Of a DNA stretch of 64,000 nt, positions 11,980-24,164 are shown in pieces. The notes under the pieces are model-generated. The model was not told where the DNA came from. It saw only the letters and a program-made list of their open reading frames with translations, and did not search any database. Position 1 is the stretch's first letter; every line of letters starts with the position of its first letter. This DNA is from Heterodontus francisci (Eukaryota), in assembly GCF_036365525.1 (NCBI RefSeq), contig NC_090388.1, positions 61,591,726 to 61,655,725 on the forward strand. The letters are read 5' to 3'. The position numbers and the translations under genes are program-made.

Positions 11980-13120
11980 TCTTTGGCCTCCTTATCTCGA
12001 GAGACAATGGGTAAGCGCCTGGAGGTGGTCAGTGGTGTGTGGAGCAGCGCCTGGAGTGGCTATAAAGGCCAATTCTAGAGTGACAGGCTCTTCCACAGGT
12101 GCTGCAGAAAAATTTGTTTGTCGGGGCTGTTACACAGTTGGCTCTCTCCTTGCGCTTCTGTCTTTTTTCCTGCCAACTGCAAAGTCTCTTCGACTCGCCA
12201 CGCTTTAGGCCCGCCTTTATGGCTGCCCGCCAGCTCTGGCGAACGCTGGCAACTGACTCCCATGACTTGTGATCAATGTCACAGGACTTCATGTCGCGTT
12301 TGCAGACGTCTTTAAAGCGGAGACATGGACGGCCGGTGGGTCTGATACCAGTGGCGAGCTCGCTGTACAATGTGTCTTTGGGGATCCTGCCATCTTCCAT
12401 GCGGCTCACATGGCTAAGCCATCTCAAGCGCCGCTGACTCAGTAGGGTGTATAAGCTGGGGATGTTGGCTGCCTCGAGGACTTCTGTGCTGGAGATACGG
12501 TCCTGCCACCTGATGCCAAGTATTCTCCGGAGGCAGTGAAGATGGAATGAATTGAGACGTCGCTCTTGGCTGACATACGTTGTCCAGGCCTCGCTGCCAT
12601 AGAGCAAGGTACTGAGGACACAGGCTTGATACACTCGGACTTTTGTGTTCCGTGTCAGTGCGTCATTTTCCCACACTCTCTTGGCCAGTCTGGACATAGC
12701 AGTGGAAGCCTTTCCCATGCGCTTGTTGATTTCTGCATCTAGAGACAGGTTACTGGTGATAGTTGAGCCTAGGTAGGTGAACTCTTGAACCACTTCCAGA
12801 GCGTGGTCGCCAATATTGATGGATGGAGCATTTCTGACGTCCTGTCCCATGATGTTCGTTTTCTTGAGGCTGATAGTTAGGCCAATTTCATTGCAGGCAG
12901 CCGCAAACCTGTCGATGAGACTCTGCAGGCACTCTTCAGTGTGAGATGTTAAAGCAGCATCGTCAGCAAAGAGGAGTTCCCTGATGAGGACTTTCCGTAC
13001 TTTGGACTTCGCTCTTAGACGGGCAAGGTTGAACAACCTGCCCCCTGATCTTGTGTGGAGGAAAATTCCTTCTTCAGAGGACTTGAACGCATGTGAAAGC
13101 AGCAGGGAGAAGAAAATCCC
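11980..13120 (-). mobile_element. RTE-clade (BovB-like) LINE, 5'-truncated, uninterrupted RT C-terminal frame
   Basis: ORF 12029-13036: LFADD, FTYLGS, YQACVLSTLLYGSEAW, RLRWLSHVSRM, GRPCLRFKD, C-terminal CxxC..H motif; TSD CAAATTTT at 11972-11979 and 13120-13127. Confidence 0.95.
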
Positions 13121-14034
13121 AAATTTTATACTTTAAAAAAGGTTAGTAGTTATAAAGAAAATAATAAAATATAATTAACAAATCTTATACAATACTTTTT
13201 GGGAATGAGTTTGGATATCAAAATCGTTAAATCACGATTGAAAGCACACCACTTGCAATGATCAAAATGGCTGTCAAGATATAACTGGTAACATGAGAAA
13301 ACAGCAGCAAGAATTTTGTGAGTTGTAGTCCAATATACATTTAATTTAATAACAGCTAAAATGAAGAAGATAAAAGAAATCCTGAAAATATTTTAATTCA
13401 TTAAGGTCGATAGCATAACATTTTTCTAAAATTGTTTTAATAGTCTGATTTCTCCACAATTAGAGAAAGAGATCTATCCTGATTGTTATTCTACTGATAT
13501 TGGTCATATTGTCAGTTTTTTCTTTTTAGAAAATGTCTAGAATGATCAGAAGCAGTGGACACCAACCTTTTACCTCTGGGACCAATGTTCCAATCCTATG
13601 TGATATGAGTTTAGTAGTCTTGACCCAACTCCTAGTCAGCATGAATTCACAGGGAAAAAAAACTGCCTCCAATTTCACATTAACTACCATTAAATCTGTA
13701 GTGTCATTCAGAGGTTATTGAAGGGCTAGTGTGGCAAATAGATAAAAAAAATTGGTTAAGTAGAGATGCTCTTCTAACTTTGGAGCTGAGCAGAGGTGAT
13801 CATTATTCCATGCTATACAAGGCCTGAGTTTCTGATGCTGGATCTGAGTGTTTGAAATGCAAAATGTTGCATAACATCAAAAAACTCAAAAATCTTCACT
13901 AAAATGTCTCTTCCTTTTTAATGGGAATATTTCGGGGGACCAGATTGTCTTTTTCTCCTTCAATTTTATCCCCTCTCACAGTCCACGTAGCCTGACTGAG
14001 AGGATGCGCACATCCATTTTTCTTTTGCTATTTG

Positions 14035-14290
14035 CTTCCCTTCCTTTCCACAGGGAATGACAGACAAACAGGAATATGGTTCCACAACCCCTGAGAGTCC
14101 TCACTTAAGAAGCCAGCTTCATGAGTGCATAGCATGAATGTTGGCAAGCTTCTGGACATTAGGAAGCAGCTATTCAAGCCTGACACTGTTATCAATGAAT
14201 CCAGATTGACACAGCAGGGGTGACTAAAAATGAGCAGGAGCAGGAATCGTGGCTGTCCTTTCTCTCTCCTGAACCCAGAAAGGATTGCTC
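14035..14290 (-). mobile_element. Old SINE-like repeat (family X)
   Basis: Reverse complement CAGCCACGATTCCTGCTCC...AGTCACCCCTGCTG...TGTGGAAC resembles 48450-48655. Confidence 0.45.
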
Positions 14291-14539
14291 TATTTTGTTC
14301 ATATACTAAAATCACCAGAGCACATCAGAGATTTCCCTTCAATCCCATAATTATAAAATATTAATTGTTATCAGTTAATGATTAATCTCTATCACAAATA
14401 AAATATTTATGAATATCTTGTAAATGAATGCAACTATCAATGTTTTTTTAGAATAGAGAGTTCATGTTATAATTAAGAAACTTGAGTAAAAGGCTAAGTC
14501 CCTTAGTACAAGTTATTATCAAGGTTGAAAAGTGTATGT

Positions 14540-15564
14540 TGTTACGACTGAGGCGGGAGGAGTGCACTGTTTTTTCTAGTTCCACTTCTTCGCGGGTCAC
14601 AACATATATTTAATTTTTTTCTGACTTACTGATATGGTCAATCATAGACTCTATTTTTATCCCGGAATAAAGCATACCAACTAGGTTTCTTTAAGAAACA
14701 ACAACATTAACAGTTTATTATAAAACAAGTCTTAACCAGTTATGAAGTAAAACATAAACACACAGATTGAAATATTAAAGTTCCCTTTTTACCTTAGGCC
14801 CTCACACTCACATAAATACATAGGTTAACCGCAAAAATAAAGGGATTTTTGTTTTTAGAGCTCTATTACAGGCAAAAAAACTTGGGCTGAATACTTGCTC
14901 ATTCTTGAAGAAACAGCAGATGAGATATGTTGTGTTCCAAAACTGGCATACAGTTTGGCCTCTGAGTACACATAGACAGGTCACTGGGATCTTTTAGAAC
15001 AGTTCATTTCAGGCAGCACTGAGAATTAATTTAGCAGGCTTTTCTTCAAAGACAGGAGACTAGATGATTTGACATAGTGGACTTCTCAGAGTCTTTTAGA
15101 AAGGTGCTGGAGAGTTGAGCTGGGTTGTGGTCTTCTCACCTTACTTGGGAATTCTCTTCTCTCCTTGGAAGTTCTCTTCCTTTTTATACAGTTCAACCCC
15201 ACCTCAAAATAATTCAAAAGCGTAACCGACAACAGGAAGTCAAAAGGTTCCTGACTTGTCACTTCTTTGTAAACAACTTTCCCAGTTGTCTGAAGTTGTC
15301 TGTTGTATATTGAGCTAGAAGTCAGGTGGTTTCCTGGAAAGGCTTTTTGTTGTTGCTGGAAGTCAGTGGTTTCCCGGAAAGGCTTGTTCTCCTCACAAAA
15401 CCTCTCAGTGACCCTTTTAAAAAACATTTTCAAGGACTGTTTTTCAAAGTCAAACAGCTTTTACATGACCCCCTTTGAAAACTCCAAAGTTTAACATTTC
15501 TTCAATCTTTCAAAAATGAATTCTCAAAAAATATATTTAACAAAACACAGATATTTCCGTAACA
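14540..15564 (-). mobile_element. Solo LTR, family A
   Basis: TGTTACG...CGTAACA termini; 4-bp TSD ATGT (14536-14539, 15565-15568); minus-strand TATA (15181-15189) and AATAAA (14714-14719); paralog at 45095. Confidence 0.85.
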
Positions 15565-17865
15565 ATGTGTATAAAAGTGAACGGAATGAGAAAAATCAAG
15601 TAGTGGTTTGGAGATGTCTGACATGGCTTTCAAAAAAGCTGTAGGTTGCAGAAGATAGCCAAGAATGAGGTTAGAAATCCAGGCCGCAAGATTGGGTTCC
15701 ATAACACCTGTAGTTTTGGCTCCACAGGTGCCATTTTTGTACCAACATGGTGTCCATGCTGCTTGCGCTCACTTCCATTGTGGCCCATACCAAGCATCAC
15801 CTTGGTGAGGGTGTTAGCATGGGCATTAGAAGTGTGTGCTGGAAAAATGCAAAGTAGATAGATCGTTACATCAGTCAGTGTGTAATGCTGATTTGATGCC
15901 AGCACTGCCATTTTTGATCTTGCCGCTATAGGTAAAGTCCTCTCTTAATCTCGCACAGCTGAACATACGAATTAGGGGCAGGAGTAGGCCACTCGGCCCC
16001 TCGAGCCTGCTCCGCCATTCAATAAGTTTATGGCTGAACTGATTACTCCACATCACCACCTACCCCCGATAACTTTCACCCCCTTGCTTATCAAGAATCT
16101 ATCTACCTCTGCCTTAAAAATATTCAAAGACTCTGCTTCCACCACCTTCTAAGGAAGAGAGTTCCAAAGACTCACGACCCTCTGAGAAAAAACATTTCTC
16201 CTCATCTGTCTTAAACGGGCAACCCCTTATTTTTAAACAGTGACCCCTGGTTCTAGATTCTCCCACAAGGGGAAACATCCATTCAACATCCACCCTATCA
16301 AGACCCCTCAGGATCTTATATGTTTCAATCAAGTCGCCTCTTACTCTTCTAAATTCCAGCGGATACAAGCCTAGCCTGTCCAATCTTTCCTCGTAAGATA
16401 GCCCACCCATTCCAGGTATTAGTCTAGTAAACCTAATCTGAACGGCTTCCAATGCATTTACGTCTTTCCTTAAATAAGGAGATCAATACTGTACACAGCA
16501 CTCCAGATGTGGTCTCACCAATGCCCTTTGTAGCTGAAGCATAACCTCCCTACTTTTGTATTCAATTACCCTCACAATAAACGATAACATTCTATTAGCT
16601 TTCCTAATTACGTGCTGTACCTGCATACTAACCTTTTGCGATTCATGCACTAGGACACCCAGATCCCTCTGCAACTCAGAGCTCTGCAATCTCTCACCAT
16701 TTAGATAATATGCTTCTTTGTTATTCTTCCTGCCAAAATGGACAACTTTGCATTTTCCCACATCATATTCCATCTGCCAGGTCTTTGCCCATTCACTTAA
16801 CCTATCTATATTGCTTTGTAGTCTCCTTATGTCCTCTTCACAACCTACTTTCCTACCTATCTTTGTGTCATCAGCAAATTTAGCAACCATGCCTTTGGTC
16901 CCTTTATCTAAGTCATTTATATAAATTGTAAAAAGTTGAGGCCCAGCACAGATCCCTGTGGCACACCACTCGTTACGTTTTGCCAACTGGAAAATGACCC
17001 ATTTATGCCTATTCTCTGTTTCCTGTCAGCGAGCCAATCATCTATCCATTTCTAGTATGTTACACCCTACACCGTGAGCTTTTATTTTTTGCAATAACCT
17101 TTGATGTGGCATCTTATCAAATGCCTTCTGGGAATCTAAGTACAATACATCCACAGGTTCCCCTTCATCCACAGCACATGTAACTCCCTCAAAGAATTCC
17201 AATAAATTGGTTAAGCATGATTTCCCTTTCATAAAACCATGTTGACTCTGCCTGATTACCTTCAATTTTTCTAAGTGCCTGCTATAACGTCTTTAATAAT
17301 AGCTTCTAACATTTTCCCTAAGACAGATGCTAAGCTAACTGGCCTGTTTTCTGTTTCTCCCTTTTTGGATAAAGGAGCTACATTTACTATTTTCCAGTCT
17401 AGTGGAACCTTCCCCGAATCTAGGGAATTTTGGAAAATTAAAACTAATGCATCAACTATCTCACTAGCCACTTCTTTTAGGACCCTAGGAGGAAGTCCAT
17501 CAGGACCCGGGGTCTTGTCAGCCCGCAGCTCCAACAATTTGTTCAGTACCACTTCCCTGGTGATTGTAATTTTCTTGAGTTCCTCCCTCTCTTCCACTTC
17601 CTAACTTAAAGCTAATTCTGGGATGTTACTTGTATCCTTTATAGTGAAGACCGATGCAAAATATCTGTTCAATTCATCTGTCATCTCCTTATTATTCATT
17701 ATTAATTCCTCAGACTCACTTTCTATAGGACCAAGGCTCACTTTATTAACTTTTCTTTTTAAAATATCCATAGAAACTCTTACTATCTGTCTTTATATTT
17801 CTAGCTAGCTTTCTCTCGTACCCTAATTTTATCTTCCTTAGCAATCTTTTGGTCAATCTTTACTG

Positions 17866-18551
17866 TTGCCATTTCAACACTCCCCCCTGCTCTCATGCTC
17901 ACATCTCTGTCCTGGGATTGCTGCAGTGTTCCAGTGAACATCAACGCAAGCTCGAGGAACAGCATCTCATCTACCGATTAGGCACACTACAGCCTGCCGG
18001 ACTGAACATTGAGTTCAATAATTTCAGAGCATGACAGCCCCCCACTTTACTTTCATTTTTAGTCATTTTTAGTTATTTTTTCTTCCTTTTTTTTTTTGCA
18101 TTCCTTTTTACATTTTTTACAATCTTTTTTTGCATTTATTTCATTTCATCTTAGTTTGTTCAGTTTGCTTACCCACTGTTTTTTTCAGGTTGTTTTTCTT
18201 CAGGTTTGCACTTGCTGATGTTCAATATTCAGTATATTCACACCTAATCTGTACTGATGCTTTGTCTTTCAACACACCATTAACATATTGTTTGCCTTTG
18301 CTCCGTGACCTTTTGGTCAGCTATGTGGCCTGGTCCAATCTGCACCTTCTCCTTTGTTATCTCTTGCCCAACCCCCACCTCACTTGTTTATAATCTGTGA
18401 CTTTTCTAATATTTGTCAGTTCCGAAGAAGGGTCACTGACCCGAAACGTTAACTCTGCTTCTCTTTCCACAGATGCTGCCAGACCTGCTGAGTGAATCCA
18501 GCATTTCTTGTTTTTGTTTCAGATTTCCAGCATCCGCAGTATTTTGCTTTT
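17866..18551 (+). mobile_element. Penelope-like element: GIY-YIG endonuclease C-terminus, 3' UTR and hammerhead-bearing terminus
   Basis: HFN..H....VLGL......RKLEEQHLIYRLGTLQPAGLNIEF* is the typical PLE GIY-YIG C-terminal pattern; T-rich UTR; terminal unit shared with six other loci. Confidence 0.9.
18418..18454 (+). ncRNA. Minimal hammerhead ribozyme motif
   Basis: AGTT-CCGAAGA-A-GGGTC(ACT)GACCC-GAAAC-GTT-AACT: perfect stem II, palindromic AACGTT stem III, U4C core variant. Confidence 0.65.
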
Positions 18552-19746
18552 GCTTCTACATCCTGGTTTCCTGAACTTAGATCATCCCTCTCTATTGTGC
18601 GAATACCATCATTAATTAACAGAGCCACCCCTCCACCTTTTCCTAGCTTCCTGTCCTTCCTAAATGCCATGTACCCTTCAATATTCAGGTCCCAATCCAT
18701 GTCATCCTGTGGTCATGTCTCTGTAATGGCTATTGTAATCGGATTGTACATATTTATTTCTATTTGTGCTCTCAGTTCATCTGTTTTGCTTTAAATGCTA
18801 CGTGCATTCTGATACAGAGCCTTTAGTTTTGTCCTTTAATTATTTTTGTAACCTCTAGCCTTATCTGTTGATTTTCTCTTAGATGTGCATGCTCTGTCCC
18901 TTCCTGTCACAGTCTGATTATCATTTCCCATATTAATACCTTTCTCTCTTGCCTTGTCTCTTCTCCTTGATTTACCATATCTTCCCAAATTTGATCCCTT
19001 GTCCATGCATTCAGCAGCAGGAAGGACCCTTTCCACCAGTGCTATTTAAAGTGATAATCAACAATATGCATGATAGCTGCTGATCACTTTCTACTGACTC
19101 TGTTTGAATTTGTGGCAGTGCTGGGTGTTTTGAGGAGTTGGTTACAGGTGGTCAAGTCTACAGTGAGTGGTGCTGCACGTGGAGAATGCTTTGCTTGTGA
19201 CTGAAAAAGCTCTGGGTTGTAACAGCAGTCCCTCTTATGTTGCAGCATGTGAAGGAGATGGTACAGAAGCAGCAAATAAGAGGACAAGCTGCTCGAATAG
19301 GGAGAAGGAGAGGGGTAGAGGGCTCTCAGCAGGAGGCCTTATCTGCCCAGGGTCTTTCAAGAGCACTTCTCTTACCTCCACCTAAGCCAGGAGCAGTGTG
19401 TGCATTGTCTGCAATTCACAAAGGAGGTGAACACAAAACTTTGCCACCTTTTGGAACCAGACCTACAGCCTCAGCACAGGGCAAGGATAGTGCTGCCAGT
19501 CACTGTGAAAGTGACCATGGCCCTGAATTTCTTTGCGTCAGAATCCTTCCAGGCTGGAATAGCCAACATATCTAACACTTCCCAGTTCACTATCCATTGC
19601 TGCATCAGAGAGGTGACGGAGGTGTTGTCTGCCAGGAGAGGGGAGTCTATTGTGTTCTCTCTGAACAGAGAGAAGCAGGCGACGTGTGATTTGGTTTTGC
19701 CAGGATAGTGGGCTTCCCCACACTGCAGGGTGCCATTGACTGCACA

Positions 19747-21412
19747 GTTGATGATCCATCTCGGCCCCCTCCTGAAGTCCCCAGCATTACAGATGCCAGA
19801 CTTCAGCCAATTTGATTCACTCCGCGTGATATCAAAAAACGACTGAAGGCACTGGACACTGCAAAGGCTATGGGTCCTGACAATATTCCAGCAATAATAC
19901 TGAAGACCTATGCTCCACACCTTACCGCGCCCCTAGCCAAGCTGATCCAGTACAGCTACAACACTGGCATCTACCCAGCAATGTGGAAAATTGCCGAGGT
20001 ATGTCCTGTACACAAAAAGCAGGACAAGTCCAACCCGGCCAATTACCGCCCCATCAGTCTACTCTTAATCATCAGCAAAGTGATGGAAGGTGTCATCAAC
20101 AGTGCCATCAAGCGGCACTTGCTTAGCAATAACCTGCTCAGTGATGCTCAGTTTGGGTTCCGACAAGGCCAATCAGCTCCTGACCTCATTACAACCTTGG
20201 TTCAAACATGGACAAAAGAGCTGAACTCAAGAGGTGAGGTGAAAGTGACTGCCCTTGACATCAAGGCAGCGTTTGACCGAGTATGGCATCAAGGAGCCCG
20301 AGCAAAACTGGAGTCAATGGGAATCAGGCGGAAAACTCTCTGCTGGTTGGAGTCATACCTAGCACAAAGAAAGATGGCTGTGGTTGTTGGAGGTCAATCA
20401 TCTGAGCTCCAGGACATCACTGCAGTAGTTCCTTGGGGTAGTGTCCTAGGCCTAACCATCTTCAGCTGCTTCATCAATGACCTTCCTTCAATCATAAGGT
20501 CAGAAGTGGGGATGTTCGCTGATGATTGCACAATGTTCAGCACCATCGCAACTCCTCAATTACTGAAGCAGTCCGTGTAGAAATGCAGCAAGACCTGGAC
20601 AATATCCAGGCTTGGGCTGATAAGTGGCAAGTAACATTTGCGCCACACAAGTGCCAGGCAATGACCATATCCAATAAGAGAGAATCTAACCATCTCCCCT
20701 TGACATTCAATGGCATTACCATCGCTGAATCCCCCACTATCAACATCCTAGGGGTGACCATTGACCAGAAACTGAACTGGAGTAGCCATGTAAATACCGT
20801 GGCTACAAGAGCAGGTCAGAGGCGAGGACTCCTGCGGCGAGTAACTCACCTCCTAACTCCCCAAAGCCTGTCCACCATCTACAAGGCACAGATCAGGAGT
20901 GTGATGGAATACTCTCCACTTACCTGGATGGGTGCAGCTCCAACAACACTCAAGAAGCTCGACACCATCCAGGACAAAGCAGCCCACTTGATTGTCACCC
21001 CATCCACAAACATTCACTCCCTCCACCATCGACGTACAGTGGCAGCAGTGTGTACCAACTACAAGATGCACTGCAGCAACGCACCAAGGCTCCTTAGACA
21101 GCACCTTCCAAACCCGTGACCTCTACCAACTAGAAGGACAAGAGCAGCAGATGCACGGGAACATCACCACCTGCAAGTTCCCGTCCAAGTCACACACCAT
21201 CCTGACTTGGAACTATATCGCCGTTCCTTCACTGTCGCTGGGTCAAAATCCTGGAACTCCCTTCCTAACAGCACTGTGGGTGTACCTACCCCACATGGAC
21301 TGCAGCGATTCAAGAAGACAGCTCACCACCACCTTCTCAAGGGCAATTAGGGATGGGCTATAAATGCTGGCCTAGCCAGCGACGCCCACATCCCATGAAT
21401 GAATTTTAAAAA
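19747..21412 (+). mobile_element. LINE-B (CR1/Jockey-group) RT region, 5'-truncated, young
   Basis: ORFs 19870-20580 and 20526-21119: GPDNIP, NYRPISLL, QFGFR, LDIKAAFDRVWH, MFADD, IRSVMEY; tail CCACATCCCATGAATGAAT. Confidence 0.95.
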
Positions 21413-21805
21413 ACACGTGTGGCTTTGCGGGCACCACGTCTCAATGCTGAGATGTACCACAACCGCAAAGGTTACCACACGCTGAATGCGCAGTTTGCGT
21501 GCGATCATGCTCTGGACATCATGCTGATGAATGCCGTCATGATGCTTTCATTCTATGCAAGTCCTCTGTTCGCTCAGCCTTTCAGCCACCACATCAAAGA
21601 AGGTGGCTCTGGACCACACTCTAAAACTGGTCATGACTCCACTCCGCAATCCAAGCGTACATGCCCAGGATGTATAAAATGGGAGCCAATGCTCCCACAA
21701 CAAACAACATCAAGTGAAGATTGGAGTGCAGAAGCAATGGTTCCACTGCCTCAATCACTTTGGAGGAGTCCTGCAGTTATTGGCGGAGTGGGTGTCTCAA
21801 TTTAT

Positions 21806-22553
21806 GGTGAAGTGCTGAAAATACTGAGAAGTGTAGAGTAAGTGAGGGACCTTGGAGTGAATGTCCACAGATTCCTGAAGGGAGCAGGACAGGTCGATAA
21901 GGTGGTTAAGAAGGCATATGGAATCCTTTCCTTTATTAGCCAAGTTATAGAATATAAGAGCAGAGAGGTTATGCTGGAAATGTATGAATCATTGGTTAAG
22001 CCACAACTTGAGTACTGTATGCAGTTCTGGTCACCTCATTACAGAAAGGATGTAATTGCACTCGAGAGGGTACAGAAGAGATTTACGAGGATGTTGCCAG
22101 GACTGGAAAAATGTAGCTGTGAGGAAAGATTGGATAGGCTGGGGTTGTTTTCCTTGGAACAGAGAAGGCTGAGGGGAGATCTAATTGAAATGTACTAAAT
22201 CTTGAGGGGCCTGGATAGACTGGAGGTGAAGGGTCTATTTACCTTCGAAGAGAGGTCAGTGACTAGGGGGCATAGATTTAAAGTGATTGGTAGAAAAATT
22301 AGAGGGGAGATGAGGAAAGACCTTTTCACCCAAGGGTGGTGAGGTGGTGGGGGTCTGAAACTCACTGCCTGAAAGGGTAGTTGAGGCAGGAACCCTCAAA
22401 AGGAGTCTGGATATGCACCTCAAGTGCCATAATCTGCAGGGCTATGAAGCAAATACTGGAAAGTGAGATTACAATGGGTGGATCGTTTTTTTGGCCAGCA
22501 CAGACATGATGGGCCAAGAGGCCTCTTTCTGTGCCTTAAACCTTCTATGATTC
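21806..22553 (+). mobile_element. CR1 LINE 3' fragment inserted in the Harbinger 1 transposase
   Basis: RDLGV..LVKPQLEYCMQFWSPHYRKD..LERVQKRFTRM; tail ..TTCTATGATT. Confidence 0.95.
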
Positions 22554-22899
22554 CTCCACAACCTAGCAATTGTGAGGGCACAGTGCTTGTCACCAGGGAT
22601 TCGGCGACCAGCTCAGGAGGAGGAGGAAGATGGGGAAGGGAAAAGGAAGTCAGTGCATCCACATTCCAGATGGTCTGTCCATTAACACTTCATGTAACTC
22701 TGGTTCCTGTGAATACAAACCCAGATCACTATTGGATAACAGTAACACACCTTACAATTCCTCTGTTACAGACCTTCATAGCAATCCCATGGACGCAATC
22801 TTGAAATAAGAGCTATCACAAAACAACCATTCCATACTAACTTTATCCAACAAAACATCCAATATTCCATACTAAATTCAACTAATCATCCTTGTGCAT

Positions 22900-23564
22900 T
22901 CCTTAACTGCCTGTCTTGTAGGTGCCTTTGCCTGGCCTAGTGCTCCTTACACAGTGCTACCAGTGTGGCTGCATCATGGCTGGTGGAAGGAGCAGACTTT
23001 TACTGGGGGCCTTGTAGAACAACCTCAAGCAGCCGTGGTTCTAGAAGGCCCGGCTCCAGACTGCACAATCTCAGCATGGGCAGCAATAGTCTGGGTTGGC
23101 TGGCTGACAGGCAACAGCAAGGACAATGGCAAGTGGCAGTGATGGGAGGACAGCAGGTTCATGCTCCATGGAGCCGCTGCCACTCCCCGGGTCGGCACCT
23201 CAGCAATCTCGGTAATTCACTGCAGTATAGATTGCTGGACTGCTGAGGGACCCTGAAAGACACATGATGAGTGGAGCAGTGTGTGAGGCTAGTGCTTAAC
23301 TTGTAAAGATGCATGTGATGATATATTCACTCACGATGTGCGATGTCATTAAACTCTTTGTGGCACTGCCTCCAGGTCCTTGGGGTTAGACTGCTGGCAT
23401 TGACCTTGATGGCTGCCTACTCCCACTGCTTTCTTAGTGTCCGTATGGAGGATCTCCGGGCCTCGAGGGAAGAAGACTTGTCTCCTTCTGTGCACCTCCT
23501 GCACCAAGGCATCCAGTGCTGCATTGGAGAACCTTGGATCACGCTCTCTGGATTGTTGTGCCAT
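22900..23564 (-). pseudogene. Harbinger Myb/SANT-like DNA-binding protein relic
   Basis: MAQQSRERDPRFSNAALDALVQEVHRRRQVFFP..QCHKEFND, followed by a GTGAGT donor at 23329-23334. Confidence 0.75.
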
Positions 23565-24164
23565 TTTTCAAGGTTCTTCCTGCTCATTCAGTCCTCTTTC
23601 CCCACTTGCAGCCCCTGCTGCATTCAGAATGCACTTCCCCTTTAAGACTTTAAGAGTTACAATCTGGATTTAAGTAGGGCAGACTACCTTTAAGTGGTGC
23701 TAGCCTTGCATAAACTTGGGTCTCCTGCTGAGATGTGCAGCCACTATTATTTCAATTAGCAGGCAGTAAAAAGTTTGCATGCTGCCTGTGTTACTTTGAA
23801 TGGGGTGTGGGATAATTGCACATTGCTATCCCCGTGCCTGTCCACGGAGCCTATCAAATTTTTAGCCCCCATAATTTTGAAGTCCTGGGAACGAATATTT
23901 TGAGGAAGGAAAGGTACAATGTGTGTTAATCTTAATATAGAAAACAGTTAGATTTGCTAAATGCAGTGCTGGCCCCAGGTGAAGTTTTGGCTACTTTGGC
24001 AGCTGACAACTGTAATCAACACTGTAATGCCCAGGCAGGCATAAATCCAATGTGTCATTATGCACTAGAACCGTTCAACATTATACAATCAGGCAATTGT
24101 ACACCAATCTGCAAAGGAATGGATGACATTGGAGGATGAATTAATTGTTAATTGATCCCACTCT

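Larger units (their letters stand above)
15962..19003 (-). mobile_element. CR1 LINE (APE endonuclease plus RT relic) inserted in Harbinger 1
   Basis: EN motifs AITETW..LNIEGY..RKDRKLGKGGGVALLI; RT motifs PGPDG, QHGFMKGKSCLTNLLEFF, KFADDTK, LVRPHLE; 3' stem-loop at 15975-16020. Confidence 0.95.
19230..22720 (+). pseudogene. Harbinger DDE transposase relic (HARBI1-like), split into 19230-19746, 21413-21805 and 22554-22720
   Basis: LCHLLEPDLQP..LPVTVKVTMALNFFASESFQ, GFPTLQGAIDCT|RVALRAP..YHNRKGYHTLN, LHNLAI..EEEED. Confidence 0.85.
15668..23869. mobile_element. PIF/Harbinger transposon 1 (decayed two-gene element) with nested CR1, Penelope, LINE-B and CR1 insertions
   Basis: Transposase relic on +, Myb/SANT relic on -, right end AAATTTTTAGCCCC; left end approximate. 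Confidence 0.75.
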
